A stretch of DNA of 64,000 nt, taken from positions 32,001-96,000 of the forward strand of contig OZ243972.1 of the NCBI GenBank assembly GCA_965214705.1, in the 5' to 3' direction. Below are positions 63,530 to 64,000 of this stretch, one piece after another. Both the position numbers and the translations under genes were made by a program. A model generated the notes under the pieces. That model had not been told where the DNA came from. It worked only from the letters and a program-made list of their open reading frames with translations, and did no database searches. Source of the stretch: Alphaproteobacteria bacterium (GTDB taxonomy: Bacteria > Pseudomonadota > Alphaproteobacteria > UBA828). Each line of letters opens with the position of its first letter. The stretch's first letter is position 1.

Positions 63530-64000
63530 CGCTGATGCCCTCGGCGCCGAGATAGACCTCGCGCACCTTCGGATCGTTCTCCACCTCGTGCATGGGGCCC
63601 TCCGCCAGTGTCTTGCCCAGGTGCATGAGCGTGATGATGTCGGCGATCTCGCGCACGAACGCCATGTCGTGCTCGACCACGACGAGAGTTCGCGTTCCCT
63701 TCAGCCGGTTGAAGATTTCAGAGGTGCGGTGGGTCTCCTGCTCGGTCATGCCGGCAGTGGGCTCGTCCATGAGCAGGAGCTTGGGGTCCTGGGTGAGCAC
63801 CATGCCAATCTCGAGCCACTGGGTCTCGCCGTGGCTCAGGTTGCCGCCGAGCTCGTCCAGCCGTTCCTGGAGCCCGACAAGCTCGACGATCTCGTCCAGC
63901 CGGTCGCGCCCCGCCCGCTGGCGGAACGTGATCATGTTGACGAAGGGATTGGTGTTCCGGCTATTGGCGACCTGCAGATTCTCACGCACGGTGAGGTCCC
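63519..64000 (-). CDS. Urea/short-chain amide ABC transporter ATPase (UrtD/LivG-like), partial
   Basis: LSHGETQWLEIGM, DEPTAGMT, VVEHDM, VREVYLG; runs off the window edge. Confidence 0.88.
   Translation of the reverse strand, partial: DLTVRENLQVANSRNTNPFVNMITFRQRAGRDRLDEIVELVGLQERLDELGGNLSHGETQWLEIGMVLTQDPKLLLMDEPTAGMTEQETHRTSEIFNRLKGTRTLVVVEHDMAFVREIADIITLMHLGKTLAEGPMHEVENDPKVREVYLGAEGISDAA

Overview
High-GC window, most likely an alphaproteobacterial chromosome (inferred from the thrB-rnhA and tpiA-secG-pyrG-kdsA gene orders and a clade I nos cluster). Bases 1 to about 25.6 kb are the right part of an integrative mobilizable island. It carries a DUF2493/SLOG gene, a candidate oriT, a MOBF relaxase-helicase, a defence cargo (two HEPN-like ORFs, a Type ISP/IIL-like R-M enzyme, a PIN toxin pair, two PD-(D/E)xK-like nucleases, McrBC) and a P4-type integrase. 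Backbone follows: ior, rnhA, thrB, nosRZDFYLX with an FNR/DNR box, vapBC with a frameshifted toxin, two ABC ATPases, a DSD1-family PLP enzyme, kdsA, pyrG, secG, tpiA, ppiD and an N,N-dimethylformamidase cluster. The most striking structure is a nested set of mobile elements. A 2664-bp element encoding a tyrosine recombinase plus an IS91-like Y2 transposase occurs twice (6129-10442 and 45777-48440). It is bounded by TT at both ends and has Helentron/Helitron2-like ends (asymmetric 14-bp inverted repeats and terminal hairpins). One copy is itself hit by a 1650-bp IS1111-type (IS110 superfamily) element. The 3' non-coding region of that IS contains segments matching both strands of its target, the (Y/F)NSC codons of the Y2 transposase, and its own circle junction, so it reads as a bridge/seekRNA apparently programmed against another transposon. 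All calls come from reading the sequence and motifs; no searches were run.
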